From contig CAZJPQ010000008.1 in assembly GCA_964548115.1 (NCBI GenBank), forward strand, positions 17,683-81,682: DNA of 64,000 bases, given 5' to 3'. A program made the position numbers and the translations under genes. This document shows positions 10,452 to 19,189 of the stretch, piece after piece. This DNA comes from an uncultured Planctomycetaceae bacterium (GTDB taxonomy: Bacteria; Planctomycetota; UBA8742; UBA2392; JABWBM01). A model generated the notes under the pieces. The model was not told the origin of the DNA and did not search any database. It saw only the letters and a program-made list of their open reading frames with translations. Position 1 is the first letter of the stretch. Each line of letters starts with the position of its first letter.

Positions 10452-10907
10452 TTATTTCCAGTCAAGCGCACCTTTTTTCCAGGCGTAGAGCAAAGATTCA
10501 ACCAACCCAAGGAAGAATACTCCCATAATAATTAAGCCTGAGATGAAGTTTCCTTTGAAATATTCATAGCGTTCCAGCGCAAATTCTCGTTCGATCAAGC
10601 TGCCACTTTGCTGGACTTCTTCTTTGTATTGAAGAGCAAGCTGAAGCCAGTCGTGATGCTGAATAACGTAGGGCAATAAGAGGACGGTTTCAATATCAAA
10701 GAGAATAAAAACCAGCGCCAGCATAAAGAAGCGTACGTCGAAACGGGAGCGAGTTGCTTGCAGCAAAGGGGAACCACATTCGTAGGGACTGCTTTTCGTA
10801 ATCCCTTTTTTCTTTGGACCAAAAAGAGTCCCTGCCAGCGCTGCTCCTACAGCAACAACCAGCAAGATGCCTCCATAAATGATCAGGTTGGTAAAACGTG
10901 CTTCCAT
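10452..10907 (-). CDS. nuoA: NADH-quinone oxidoreductase subunit A (with loop insertion)
   Basis: PYECG, LVFILFDIE, YAWKKGALDW; directly upstream of nuoB. Confidence 0.93.
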   Translation of the reverse strand: MEARFTNLIIYGGILLVVAVGAALAGTLFGPKKKGITKSSPYECGSPLLQATRSRFDVRFFMLALVFILFDIETVLLLPYVIQHHDWLQLALQYKEEVQQSGSLIEREFALERYEYFKGNFISGLIIMGVFFLGLVESLLYAWKKGALDWK

Positions 10908-11289
10908 AATGTACTCTGCCCTTTTAGCTTGAGAGCGTTATTTCTGGGATGGGCCAACTTTTAAGTTCATTCAAGATTTTGAGAAGTTCATGAAATTTCT
11001 TTTTCCTTCATTTGAGAGTATAAGCCTCTCTTTTCTTAAGGCAAAACTTCTTTGGAAATTATTTCATGCCTCTTTTCCGAGGATAAAAAATCTCAAGCTT
11101 TCTTGTTCTTCTTTATACTTCTCGTCTGGACTTCTGAGTATACCTAAGGCATAGTGAGCAATCTTATTTATAGATTATGAGGGCACTTGGGTTTGTTCCC
11201 TTCAAACCTCTAGGGCCGGAACTTTCTAAAGTTTTTTTACTTGTTTAATAAATACCCCCAAGGGAAAGATAACGTAAGGAAGCAAGAGT

Positions 11290-12639
11290 ATGAATATCTC
11301 TGTAGAAGACAAAGGAAGCTGTCTTAAGAAAATCTCTATTGAGATTCCTTCAAATATGATTCAAACGAAGGTCTCGGAAAACTATCGCCAGTTAAACCGC
11401 CAGGTGCAGCTGCCAGGTTTTCGCAAAGGTAAGGCTCCTAAGCAGGTGCTTGAGAAAAAGTATGGCAACTATGTGCTTGAAGATGTTCGCAAGGAGCTTG
11501 TCGATGACGCACTCCAGGAAGCGATTCGTGAGCATGATATTGATCTCATTTCTCAACCCGAATTTGAAGGTGAACTTCCAGAGATCGAAAAAGATAAAAC
11601 GCTGGCTTTCAGCTTAACCGTTGAAGTGCGTCCTGAGTTTGAACTTCCAACGTATAAAGGGCTTGAAATTGAACTTAAGGAACCAAGCGTAAACGAGGAA
11701 GAAGTTGATGCTTTTGTGCGCAATGTTCAGTTCTCACAAGGCCAGCTCCACGAATTAAAAGCGGATGAGAAGAGTCAAAAAGGAGATTTACTTTTTGCTC
11801 GATTTGTGCTTTTCGTTGACGATGAGGAAGTTGCGAGCAGGGATCAGGCCAATCTTGAAATTGGAACTAAGACCATTCTTGGAATCAGTATCCCAGAAGC
11901 TGAAGAAGCATTTCTTGGTTTAGAAGCCCAGGAAAAAAGCGAGAAAAGTTTTGAGGTTACATTGCCAGATGATTTCCCGAAGCAGGCTTATGCTGGAAAG
12001 AAGGCTACCCTTAAGATTCATGTTCAAGAAATTCGCAGGCCAGAGTTGCCTGAACTTGACGAAGCACTTTTAAAGAAACTTGATTTTGAATCCCTTGAAG
12101 ATCTTCGCGAGCATGCCCGGGATGTGATCTTGCAGGAGAAGCACCATCAGCAGGAACAGGATATTGAAAACCAATTGCTGGAGCGTGTGGTTTCTGAAGT
12201 GAAACTTGAAATTCCGGAAAAAATGGCTGAACGTCAGCTTTCAACTGTTTTACAGCGTGAGGCTTTTCGTAAGTATCAAGAAGGGCTTGACGATAAAGCA
12301 ATTGAAGAGTTTATTGAAAAACGTCGCCAAGAGTTGCCTGCTACGATCGAGAGTAAAATTCGTATGGATTTTGTGATTGATGCGATTGCAAAGAAAGAGC
12401 GTATCTTTGTTGTTGAAGATGAGCTTTCTCGCCATATCGCGATGCTGGCTCAAATGCGAAATGTGAGTCCAGAAGAACTCTTTACCCAGCTTGAAAAAAA
12501 TCATATGCTGCCTCAAATACGCTGGGAGCTTAAAGCGAGTAAGACAAAAACGCTCTTGCGTCAAAAGGCAAAGCTTTTAAAGCCTGAAGCAGAGCAGGCA
12601 GCAAAGGAAAGTACAGAATCTGAAAAATCCGATACGTGA
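11290..12639 (+). CDS. tig: Trigger factor
   Basis: Ribosome-binding signature PGFRKGKAP, EVRPEF, FPKQAYAGK FKBP-type region; followed by clpP. Confidence 0.95.
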   Translation: MNISVEDKGSCLKKISIEIPSNMIQTKVSENYRQLNRQVQLPGFRKGKAPKQVLEKKYGNYVLEDVRKELVDDALQEAIREHDIDLISQPEFEGELPEIEKDKTLAFSLTVEVRPEFELPTYKGLEIELKEPSVNEEEVDAFVRNVQFSQGQLHELKADEKSQKGDLLFARFVLFVDDEEVASRDQANLEIGTKTILGISIPEAEEAFLGLEAQEKSEKSFEVTLPDDFPKQAYAGKKATLKIHVQEIRRPELPELDEALLKKLDFESLEDLREHARDVILQEKHHQQEQDIENQLLERVVSEVKLEIPEKMAERQLSTVLQREAFRKYQEGLDDKAIEEFIEKRRQELPATIESKIRMDFVIDAIAKKERIFVVEDELSRHIAMLAQMRNVSPEELFTQLEKNHMLPQIRWELKASKTKTLLRQKAKLLKPEAEQAAKESTESEKSDT

Positions 12640-12697
12640 TCAATCATAAAGAGGTTTTAAGGTCTTATGAACTCAAAAAAAGAAGGTAGAAAACCCT

Positions 12698-13381
12698 ATG
12701 CCTAATGCCGATTATTACCCCGTCCCCTATGTCATTGAAAAAACAAGCCGGGGAGAGCGTAGTTATGACATTTACTCTCGTTTGCTGGAAGATCGTATTG
12801 TCTTTATTCAGGGGACAGTTACAAATCATATGGCCAATGCAGTTATGGCCCAAATGCTCTTTTTGCAAAAAGAGAATAAAAACCAGGACATTCAGGTTTA
12901 TATTAACTCTCCGGGTGGTGATGTTTATGCTGGTTTGGCTATTTATGATACCATGCAGTTTGTTCAGTGCGATGTCTCTACCTACTGTATTGGCATGGCT
13001 GCGAGCATGGGTGCTGTGCTTTTGGCGGCGGGTACTGCCAAGAAGCGTTATGCTTTACCAAACAGCCGGATTATGATTCATCAGCCTTGGGGTGGTGCAG
13101 GTGGTACTGCTATAGATATCAGTATTCAAACCAAGGAAACCCTTTATCTCAAGCAGCGTCTCAGTGAAATCCTGGCTCAGCACAGCAACCGAAATCTTAA
13201 GCAAGTCATTAAGGATAGTGATCGAGATTATTACCTTTCAAGTCATGAAGCAGTTCAATATGGTTTGATTGATGATGTAATCCTGCCACCGGAGCATAAG
13301 CGTGGTGAGTACACGAAGACAGAAGATTCTCGATCATCATCGAAAGCAAAAGCCAAAACTGAAACAAAAAAGAAGAAGTAA
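12698..13381 (+). CDS. clpP: ATP-dependent Clp protease proteolytic subunit
   Basis: [20 protein letters not shown], catalytic Ser (AASMG), His (IMIHQP) and Asp (DRD); Lys-rich C-terminal tail. Confidence 0.98.
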   Translation: MPNADYYPVPYVIEKTSRGERSYDIYSRLLEDRIVFIQGTVTNHMANAVMAQMLFLQKENKNQDIQVYINSPGGDVYAGLAIYDTMQFVQCDVSTYCIGMAASMGAVLLAAGTAKKRYALPNSRIMIHQPWGGAGGTAIDISIQTKETLYLKQRLSEILAQHSNRNLKQVIKDSDRDYYLSSHEAVQYGLIDDVILPPEHKRGEYTKTEDSRSSSKAKAKTETKKKK

Positions 13382-13493
13382 GTTCTCAATGATTTCATGC
13401 TTTAAGGATTTCGCTTGCTCTTTATGTCTCCGAATTTGCTGGAGAAGTGTTTTTCCTGTTGTCGTGTAATTCCCTAATGACGGATAAGGTCTG

Positions 13494-15398
13494 ATGCCTG
13501 CAGAATCTCTTGAAGACGTAGTTTCTTTGTGTAAACGCCGAGGCTTTATTTTCCCAGGCTCAGCGATTTATGGTGGGCTTGCTAATTCGTGGGATTATGG
13601 ACCTCTTGGGATTGAACTTAAAAATAATCTTAAACGAGCGTGGTGGAGAGATGTCGTTTACCGTCGGGATGATATGGAGGGGCTTGATGCAGCCTTGATC
13701 ATGAATCCTAAGGTATGGCATTACTCTGGGCACGAGGCAACGTTCAATGATCCTTTGGTTGATAACAGGGTCAGTAAACATCGTTATCGTCTTGACCATC
13801 TTTTACGTTCCCAGAGTCTTGAAACTTTGAGGCAGTTGCTTTCAGAGCTGCTGCGTCTTACTTCTTCAAATGATTTTTCCGGCAGCAAAAGTTCAAGCTT
13901 TCTTTCATTACTTGCTTTTCTAAAAGGGAGCGACCTTTCTGAACAAGAGCAAGAAGAGGTTTGTGAGCTCGCTTTGAAATTACAAAGCGCAGCTTTACCT
14001 GAAGAAGCCGAGTTCAAGGGTGAGCGTTTTGAAGGAATTGTTTCAAGCTTTTGCTGTGATTTTCCAGAGTTTGGAAGCCTGGCTCTTAATCAGGCAAAAA
14101 TAGTTGATCCAACGACCAATGAACCAGGAGAGTGGACAGAACCGCGTCCCTTTAATCTGATGTTCGAAACCTTTGTTGGTCCAATTAAGAGTGAAGAGCA
14201 CAAGGCCTATTTACGTCCAGAAACGGCTCAGGGCATATTTGTTAATTTCAAACACATTCTGGATACCATGCGCCATAAACTGCCTTTTGGGATTGCTCAA
14301 ATTGGCAAAAGCTTTCGTAACGAAGTAACTCCAGGAAACTTCACCTTCCGGACGCGCGAATTTGAACAGATGGAAATTGAGTACTTTGTTAAACCAGGGG
14401 AAGATGAAGAAGCCCATCGATCTTGGGTCGATACTCGCTATAACTGGTATCTTGATTATGGTATTGCTGCTGAGCGTTTAAACAAGCGGGAACAAGGGTC
14501 AGAAGAGCTTGCACATTATGCTAAAGCGTGTGTCGATCTTGAGTACAAGTTTCCAGGCTCATTGGGATTTTCTGAGCTTGAGGGGATTGCAAATCGTACG
14601 GATTTTGATCTTGCTATGCACAGTAAGAGCAGCGAACTTGTCCAGCCAGTTCAAGCCAAACATGGTTTGGAAAAAAATGCTCACTCTCTTGATGAGCTCA
14701 GCTATTTTGATCCTGAAAGCAGGGAGCGCTTTATTCCTTATGTGATCGAGCCTTCAGCTGGGGCTGATCGAGCAACTTTAGCTTTTCTTTGTGAAGCTTA
14801 TAACGTCGAACAGATTAAAGATATTCCAGAAGCTCAAGAGTCTCAAGTATCTGACCAGCTCAAGGCGTTTTCAAAATCTGTTGAAAAAAACAAAGAGTTG
14901 GCAGAAGACCTAAAACAAAGGCTTTTCAATAAAGCTGCTGAAATTTTGGATGGTGGTCCAAAAGCTTTTCCAGCTATCGCCTCGCTCTTAAGCCTGAAGG
15001 GCGCAGATGCTATTGTTTTAGGCAAAAAGCTGCGCAACCTTTATGAACGTTTGGTTGATCAGTACTATCGTCGGGTATTGAAGCTTGATGCTCGCCTCGC
15101 TCCAATCAAAGTTGCAATCTTTCCTTTAAAGCGAAATGCTTCAGAACTTGTTACAAAAGCCCATGAAATTAAGGCTATGTTAAGTAAGCATGATTTCAGA
15201 GTCCTTTATGATGATACCGGTGCTATCGGGAAGCTTTATCGCAGACAAGATGAAATCGGAACCCCTTTTTGTGTTACCGTTGATTTTCAGTCGCTTGAAG
15301 ATGGCAGTGTAACACTACGGGAGCGGGACTCTATGGAGCAAACCCGTATAGCAGTCGATCAGCTTGAAGCACGTATCCGAAGCAGCTTAAATATTTAG
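13494..15398 (+). CDS. glyQS: Glycine--tRNA ligase, homodimeric (alpha2) type, with two large insertions
   Basis: LCKRRGFIFP, WDYGPLG, LRPETAQG, motif 2 FRNEVTPGNFTFRTREFEQME, IEPSAGADR, anticodon domain IGKLYRRQDEIGTP. Confidence 0.96.
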   Translation: MPAESLEDVVSLCKRRGFIFPGSAIYGGLANSWDYGPLGIELKNNLKRAWWRDVVYRRDDMEGLDAALIMNPKVWHYSGHEATFNDPLVDNRVSKHRYRLDHLLRSQSLETLRQLLSELLRLTSSNDFSGSKSSSFLSLLAFLKGSDLSEQEQEEVCELALKLQSAALPEEAEFKGERFEGIVSSFCCDFPEFGSLALNQAKIVDPTTNEPGEWTEPRPFNLMFETFVGPIKSEEHKAYLRPETAQGIFVNFKHILDTMRHKLPFGIAQIGKSFRNEVTPGNFTFRTREFEQMEIEYFVKPGEDEEAHRSWVDTRYNWYLDYGIAAERLNKREQGSEELAHYAKACVDLEYKFPGSLGFSELEGIANRTDFDLAMHSKSSELVQPVQAKHGLEKNAHSLDELSYFDPESRERFIPYVIEPSAGADRATLAFLCEAYNVEQIKDIPEAQESQVSDQLKAFSKSVEKNKELAEDLKQRLFNKAAEILDGGPKAFPAIASLLSLKGADAIVLGKKLRNLYERLVDQYYRRVLKLDARLAPIKVAIFPLKRNASELVTKAHEIKAMLSKHDFRVLYDDTGAIGKLYRRQDEIGTPFCVTVDFQSLEDGSVTLRERDSMEQTRIAVDQLEARIRSSLNI

Positions 15399-15449
15399 CG
15401 ACTTTAAACGAAATAAAGTTTTCTTGAACTTTGGTAGAGGCTTAAAGCT

Positions 15450-16073
15450 ATGAGTCTAGCATCACGTAAGGCTTTTAAGTGCCCAAGCCATTATTCAGAT
15501 TTCTTAAGCTCAAAAAGCGATGACCGTTGGGCAGAGATCGCGGTAGATGGCTTTGAGCAAACGCTTTGTGATCATGCTCATTGTGAAAAAAAGGCAAGCT
15601 CTCAGGCGCTTGCTTTGATCAACGACTATCCTGATGATGTTTCCTTGGTGTCAGCGCTTTGCGCGTTGGCAAAGGAAGAGCTCTTTCATTTTGAAGAGAT
15701 CTATCAGCTTCTCCAAAGGCGTGGGCTTAAGCTTGGTTATGATCGTGGGGATCCTTATGTTAAGGCGCTTATGCAGGAAATTCGTCAGCCTGCCCCAGAG
15801 CGTAAGCTTGACAGACTCCTTGTTTCAGCCTTAGTTGAGGCTCGCAGTTGTGAGCGTTTTCGATTGCTTAAGCAAGAGTTTCAAAGGCGGGAAAACCCTG
15901 AAGAAGCTGAACGCTTTGGTCGCTTTGAGCTTTCTGAAGCGGGGCATGCTAAGCTTTTCTTTGATTTCGCTTTTCAGGAGTTTGGAGAGCAGGCATATGA
16001 GCGCTTGATAGTGCTTTCCAAGCGAGAGGCCTTAATTGTTGAAGAGCTTCCGCTCTTGCCTCGCATTCATTAA
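15450..16073 (+). CDS. miaE: tRNA-(ms2io6A) hydroxylase MiaE family (di-iron ferritin-like)
   Basis: DHAHCEKKAS, EELFHF, DRLLVSALVEARSCERF, SEAGH, C-terminal PRIH. Confidence 0.92.
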   Translation: MSLASRKAFKCPSHYSDFLSSKSDDRWAEIAVDGFEQTLCDHAHCEKKASSQALALINDYPDDVSLVSALCALAKEELFHFEEIYQLLQRRGLKLGYDRGDPYVKALMQEIRQPAPERKLDRLLVSALVEARSCERFRLLKQEFQRRENPEEAERFGRFELSEAGHAKLFFDFAFQEFGEQAYERLIVLSKREALIVEELPLLPRIH

Positions 16074-16096
16074 GCCTCTAAGCATAGCACTAAAAC

Positions 16097-16299
16097 TAGC
16101 CCAATTTTGCAACCCTTTGGAGTGAGAGGTGCAGCCCCCAAGCTGCACTGGAACGGAAAAGCCCTAGTGTTTGTCGAGGGTCTTTTAGCCCAATTTTGCA
16201 ACCACACTCAGGTGTTTTTCAAGCCTCGATTTTAAGCTGTAAGTATTTTTTGTATAATGGGTTATGAACTCAACCAGAAATATCTGGGTGGTTGCAAAA
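16097..16299. repeat. Direct plus inverted short repeats in the miaE / ECF intergenic region; possible IS-end or MITE remnant
   Basis: TAGCCCAATTTTGCAACC at 16097-16114 and again at 16186-16203. TTTTGCAACCAC (16194-16205) is inverted at 16288-16299. Hairpin GTGCAGC-CCCCAA-GCTGCAC at 16129-16148. Confidence 0.6.
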
Positions 16300-16383
16300 C
16301 TCTTTAATTATTCTGAAACGGAGAAGCTCTCAAAAAGTAGATAAGAGCTTTAAAACTATAAAGATCATAGAGGGCAGATTCTA

Positions 16384-18849
16384 TTATTTATTTTCATCAA
16401 GAATTGGTATGAGAACTTCTTCGCCTGGAGCGAAAGGTCCAACTTCATATGTTTTTGTCTCTTCCTGGCGACCATTAAAATGATCCTCACCAGTCATCAG
16501 TGTCTTAACCGTAATTGTATATTTCTGATAGGGGAGAATGACCCATTGTTGATCAGAAATTCCTGCTCCTCGAAGCAGGAATTTTTTATAGCCTATTAGA
16601 CCATGATTTTGACTTCCTTCTTCTGGGGTAATCCAAGCCTCAAAAAAGCCGTCCTTTTTTTGATCTAAAGAGAGTTTTACTGCGAGTTCCAGGTTTGGAG
16701 AAAGAGTCTTTCTTTCACCTCCGAAAAGTAGAATCGTTTCAACTTTTGATAAGCTATCCTTTGAAAGAACCTGGAATCGATACTCTCCTGGAAAGACGGG
16801 TATAGAAATTTTTCCATTTTTTATGGTAGCCATACTGGGGGAGGTTTTGATTCTTCTTGTAATCGCATTGTACTCGCTGATATCAGGTTCATCACTCCTT
16901 TGGATATAGATCTGTCCGCCACCATCTATGTCAAGAGAGAGTATCGACACATCTTCTGGTTTGAAGTGAATCAGGATGGGCTTGTCTTTCTGCTTTAACC
17001 AATCCGTAAGATTAAAGTTTCGATGAGAGCCTGTGAAATCACGGATACTAAGCGTTACCTCAAAGACCCTCTCAAGAATAGTAGCCTCGCTAAGGTCGAT
17101 CGTTTCTCTGAATCTTCCATTTTCATCACTATAGTTTCCATAATCATAATCGTAGCTATATCCCTCTCCTTCACTGATGCGAACTCCCAGGGTATAAGGA
17201 ACGTTGCTCCAGGGAGTATCGCCGATTTGGATAGAACCCTGAATATTAAGGCTTTGTCCTGTCAGTTGAAGATCTCCAAGATCATAAAATTCTGAACCAT
17301 CGAGTGTCACAAAGAAGCTTCCAGAAGCAGAGAAAGGCTGATTTTCTTTTTTCCATAGAGCATCGATTTTAACTTTCAATGCTTTTTCTCGGCGAACATA
17401 GAACGAGAACTCCCCATTGTTATTGGCATTGCGGTCTCCCAGCGGTGGGGATGAGGATGAATCCGTAATATAGTTGTGAATTCTAAAACTTGCTCCTGCA
17501 CACGGTTTCCCGTTTTCATTTATAAAACGACCTGTGATCCAGGGGTTCTGTTTTGTAGCCATTACTTCTATAGTGCAATCGGTGTTTTCATTTGCACGTG
17601 TTTGAACTACAACTTGCTGACTTGTGTATACGACTTTCTCGGTGTCAGAAGTTTTGTCCACAGCTTTTACAACAAAGTCTTTATTTGGAGGAACGTTCTT
17701 AAAAATAGCGTTTCCATTATGGTCAGTATAGAGACGTTCAATGAGTTCTAACTCTTGAGTTTGGCTTGCTTTCAATTCACGCAAAAGTTCAACCCTGACA
17801 TTCGGTAAAGGAGTTTCAGTTTCAACAAGAACGTGAACTGTAATCGTAGAAAGAGCAGGTGCTGTTATGCTTTCAGAAGGAGTAGGTTCAGAAGGTTTTT
17901 CTTGGAGAGAGGATGGTTTTGTAACCGAGGAGGGTTCTTCAGAAGGTATTTGGTTAGGAACAGTTGTATTCTCCTTCTTTTGATCTTTCACCTGTTTTTG
18001 TGGTTGAGGAGAATCAATACCTTTCTTTGCCGCAATCTGTTCAGTGTTTTCTTTCTCTTTATGTATTCCAGAGAAGTCATAATTGAAAACTATGACAATA
18101 CATAGTAATGCCAGGATTATTGTTGCAGCCAAAGCTATTTTTTTTGCCATAATAAATCCTCCTAAGGCTAATATTGAAGTGGCGCCAATGGCACTATTTA
18201 CTTGAGTCATGATGTTTTGTGTAAGATTATTCGGTATATTGACAAGAGGCTGAACTCCTTCAGTGCTCAGCAGATCTTTGATTTGAAACCCTTGTGCCAG
18301 GCCAGGCAGTCCAAGTGTTGCAAACTTTTGTGCTAGTTGTTCTAGACCTTCTTTTTGTTTGCGGCGAACAGTGCTTGCAGGAATAGAGAGGGTTTGAGAA
18401 ATCTCTGAGGAGGTCAAACCATGGGCAAAACGCAAGTTAATGACATCACGTATATCACTCGGTAAACTTTTTACGAGTTCCCAGGCTTCGCAAGCCTGGG
18501 CATGAAGCGAGGGATTATTCGAATGCTCAAAAGTTTGAAAAGATTGTGCAGCGTATTGTTCTCTCATATGTCTATTTTTTCTTGATTTCAAGGCGTCATA
18601 AGCGCGGCGTGTCGCAACATGAAAAGAGAAGGTTTGTAGAGAATCTATTTTTTTACCATGACGAAAAGCTTTGTGCAGATTGAGGAAGGTTTCCTGAACG
18701 ACATCCTGAGCCATGTCTTTTTCATGAACGATGCTATAAGCGTAGCTGTAAAGAGAAGTGGCAAGAACATCAACAAGTTTCCTGAAGGCTTGCTGATCCC
18801 CTTTAAGAAGGTTTGGGAGAAGGTTTTCGAGATTGTTATTCCTTGCCAC
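16384..18849 (-). CDS. ECF sigma-70 factor fused to a transmembrane helix and a large extracytoplasmic region
   Basis: Region 2 AQDVVQETFL; region 4 LPSDIRDVINLRFAHGLTSSEISQTLSIPASTVRR; TM IALAATIILALLCIVIVF; P/S/E/T linker; carboxypeptidase-regulatory-like beta repeats (ITGRFINENGKPCAGA). Confidence 0.9.
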   Translation of the reverse strand: MARNNNLENLLPNLLKGDQQAFRKLVDVLATSLYSYAYSIVHEKDMAQDVVQETFLNLHKAFRHGKKIDSLQTFSFHVATRRAYDALKSRKNRHMREQYAAQSFQTFEHSNNPSLHAQACEAWELVKSLPSDIRDVINLRFAHGLTSSEISQTLSIPASTVRRKQKEGLEQLAQKFATLGLPGLAQGFQIKDLLSTEGVQPLVNIPNNLTQNIMTQVNSAIGATSILALGGFIMAKKIALAATIILALLCIVIVFNYDFSGIHKEKENTEQIAAKKGIDSPQPQKQVKDQKKENTTVPNQIPSEEPSSVTKPSSLQEKPSEPTPSESITAPALSTITVHVLVETETPLPNVRVELLRELKASQTQELELIERLYTDHNGNAIFKNVPPNKDFVVKAVDKTSDTEKVVYTSQQVVVQTRANENTDCTIEVMATKQNPWITGRFINENGKPCAGASFRIHNYITDSSSSPPLGDRNANNNGEFSFYVRREKALKVKIDALWKKENQPFSASGSFFVTLDGSEFYDLGDLQLTGQSLNIQGSIQIGDTPWSNVPYTLGVRISEGEGYSYDYDYGNYSDENGRFRETIDLSEATILERVFEVTLSIRDFTGSHRNFNLTDWLKQKDKPILIHFKPEDVSILSLDIDGGGQIYIQRSDEPDISEYNAITRRIKTSPSMATIKNGKISIPVFPGEYRFQVLSKDSLSKVETILLFGGERKTLSPNLELAVKLSLDQKKDGFFEAWITPEEGSQNHGLIGYKKFLLRGAGISDQQWVILPYQKYTITVKTLMTGEDHFNGRQEETKTYEVGPFAPGEEVLIPILDENK

Positions 18850-18888
18850 AGCCTGTTCCTCAGTTTCATGATCTCAAATGACAGTCGT

Positions 18889-18905
18889 TATCAGATACTC
18901 TGATA
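18889..18905. promoter_or_regulatory. Perfect 7-3-7 palindrome upstream of the ECF gene
   Basis: TATCAGA-TAC-TCTGATA, 40-56 nt upstream of the ATG at 18849. Confidence 0.4.
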
Positions 18906-19189
18906 TACCATGCAGTCGCCATGCTGGCGCTTGCTGATCAAAAATTTCAGGATTTTTATAATTTTTATTTATGTATATTTACTTTATATAGATGAGTTGT
19001 CATCTTGACGAAATCTTGAATTAGAGATCGTTTGGAAGATGTGAGTAGCTGCGATGAAAGCGATAGTTGGAATTGAAAGTTAAAACTTAAGCACTATAGG
19101 ACGTTTTATTCTTTTGAGATGGGCAGAGAATCTTGTGCGGATCTTTGAATTCCAGTACTTTGTTCTCTTCCCTTCGAGCCTGTGAAAAC

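Noticed and set aside
12698-13381. tig-clpP without a following clpX
   Set aside because: Separation of clpX from clpP is common; not informative without the rest of the genome.
16097-16203. Direct repeats as a CRISPR mini-array
   Set aside because: Only two 18-bp copies with a 71-nt spacer, outside CRISPR size ranges, and no cas genes in the window.
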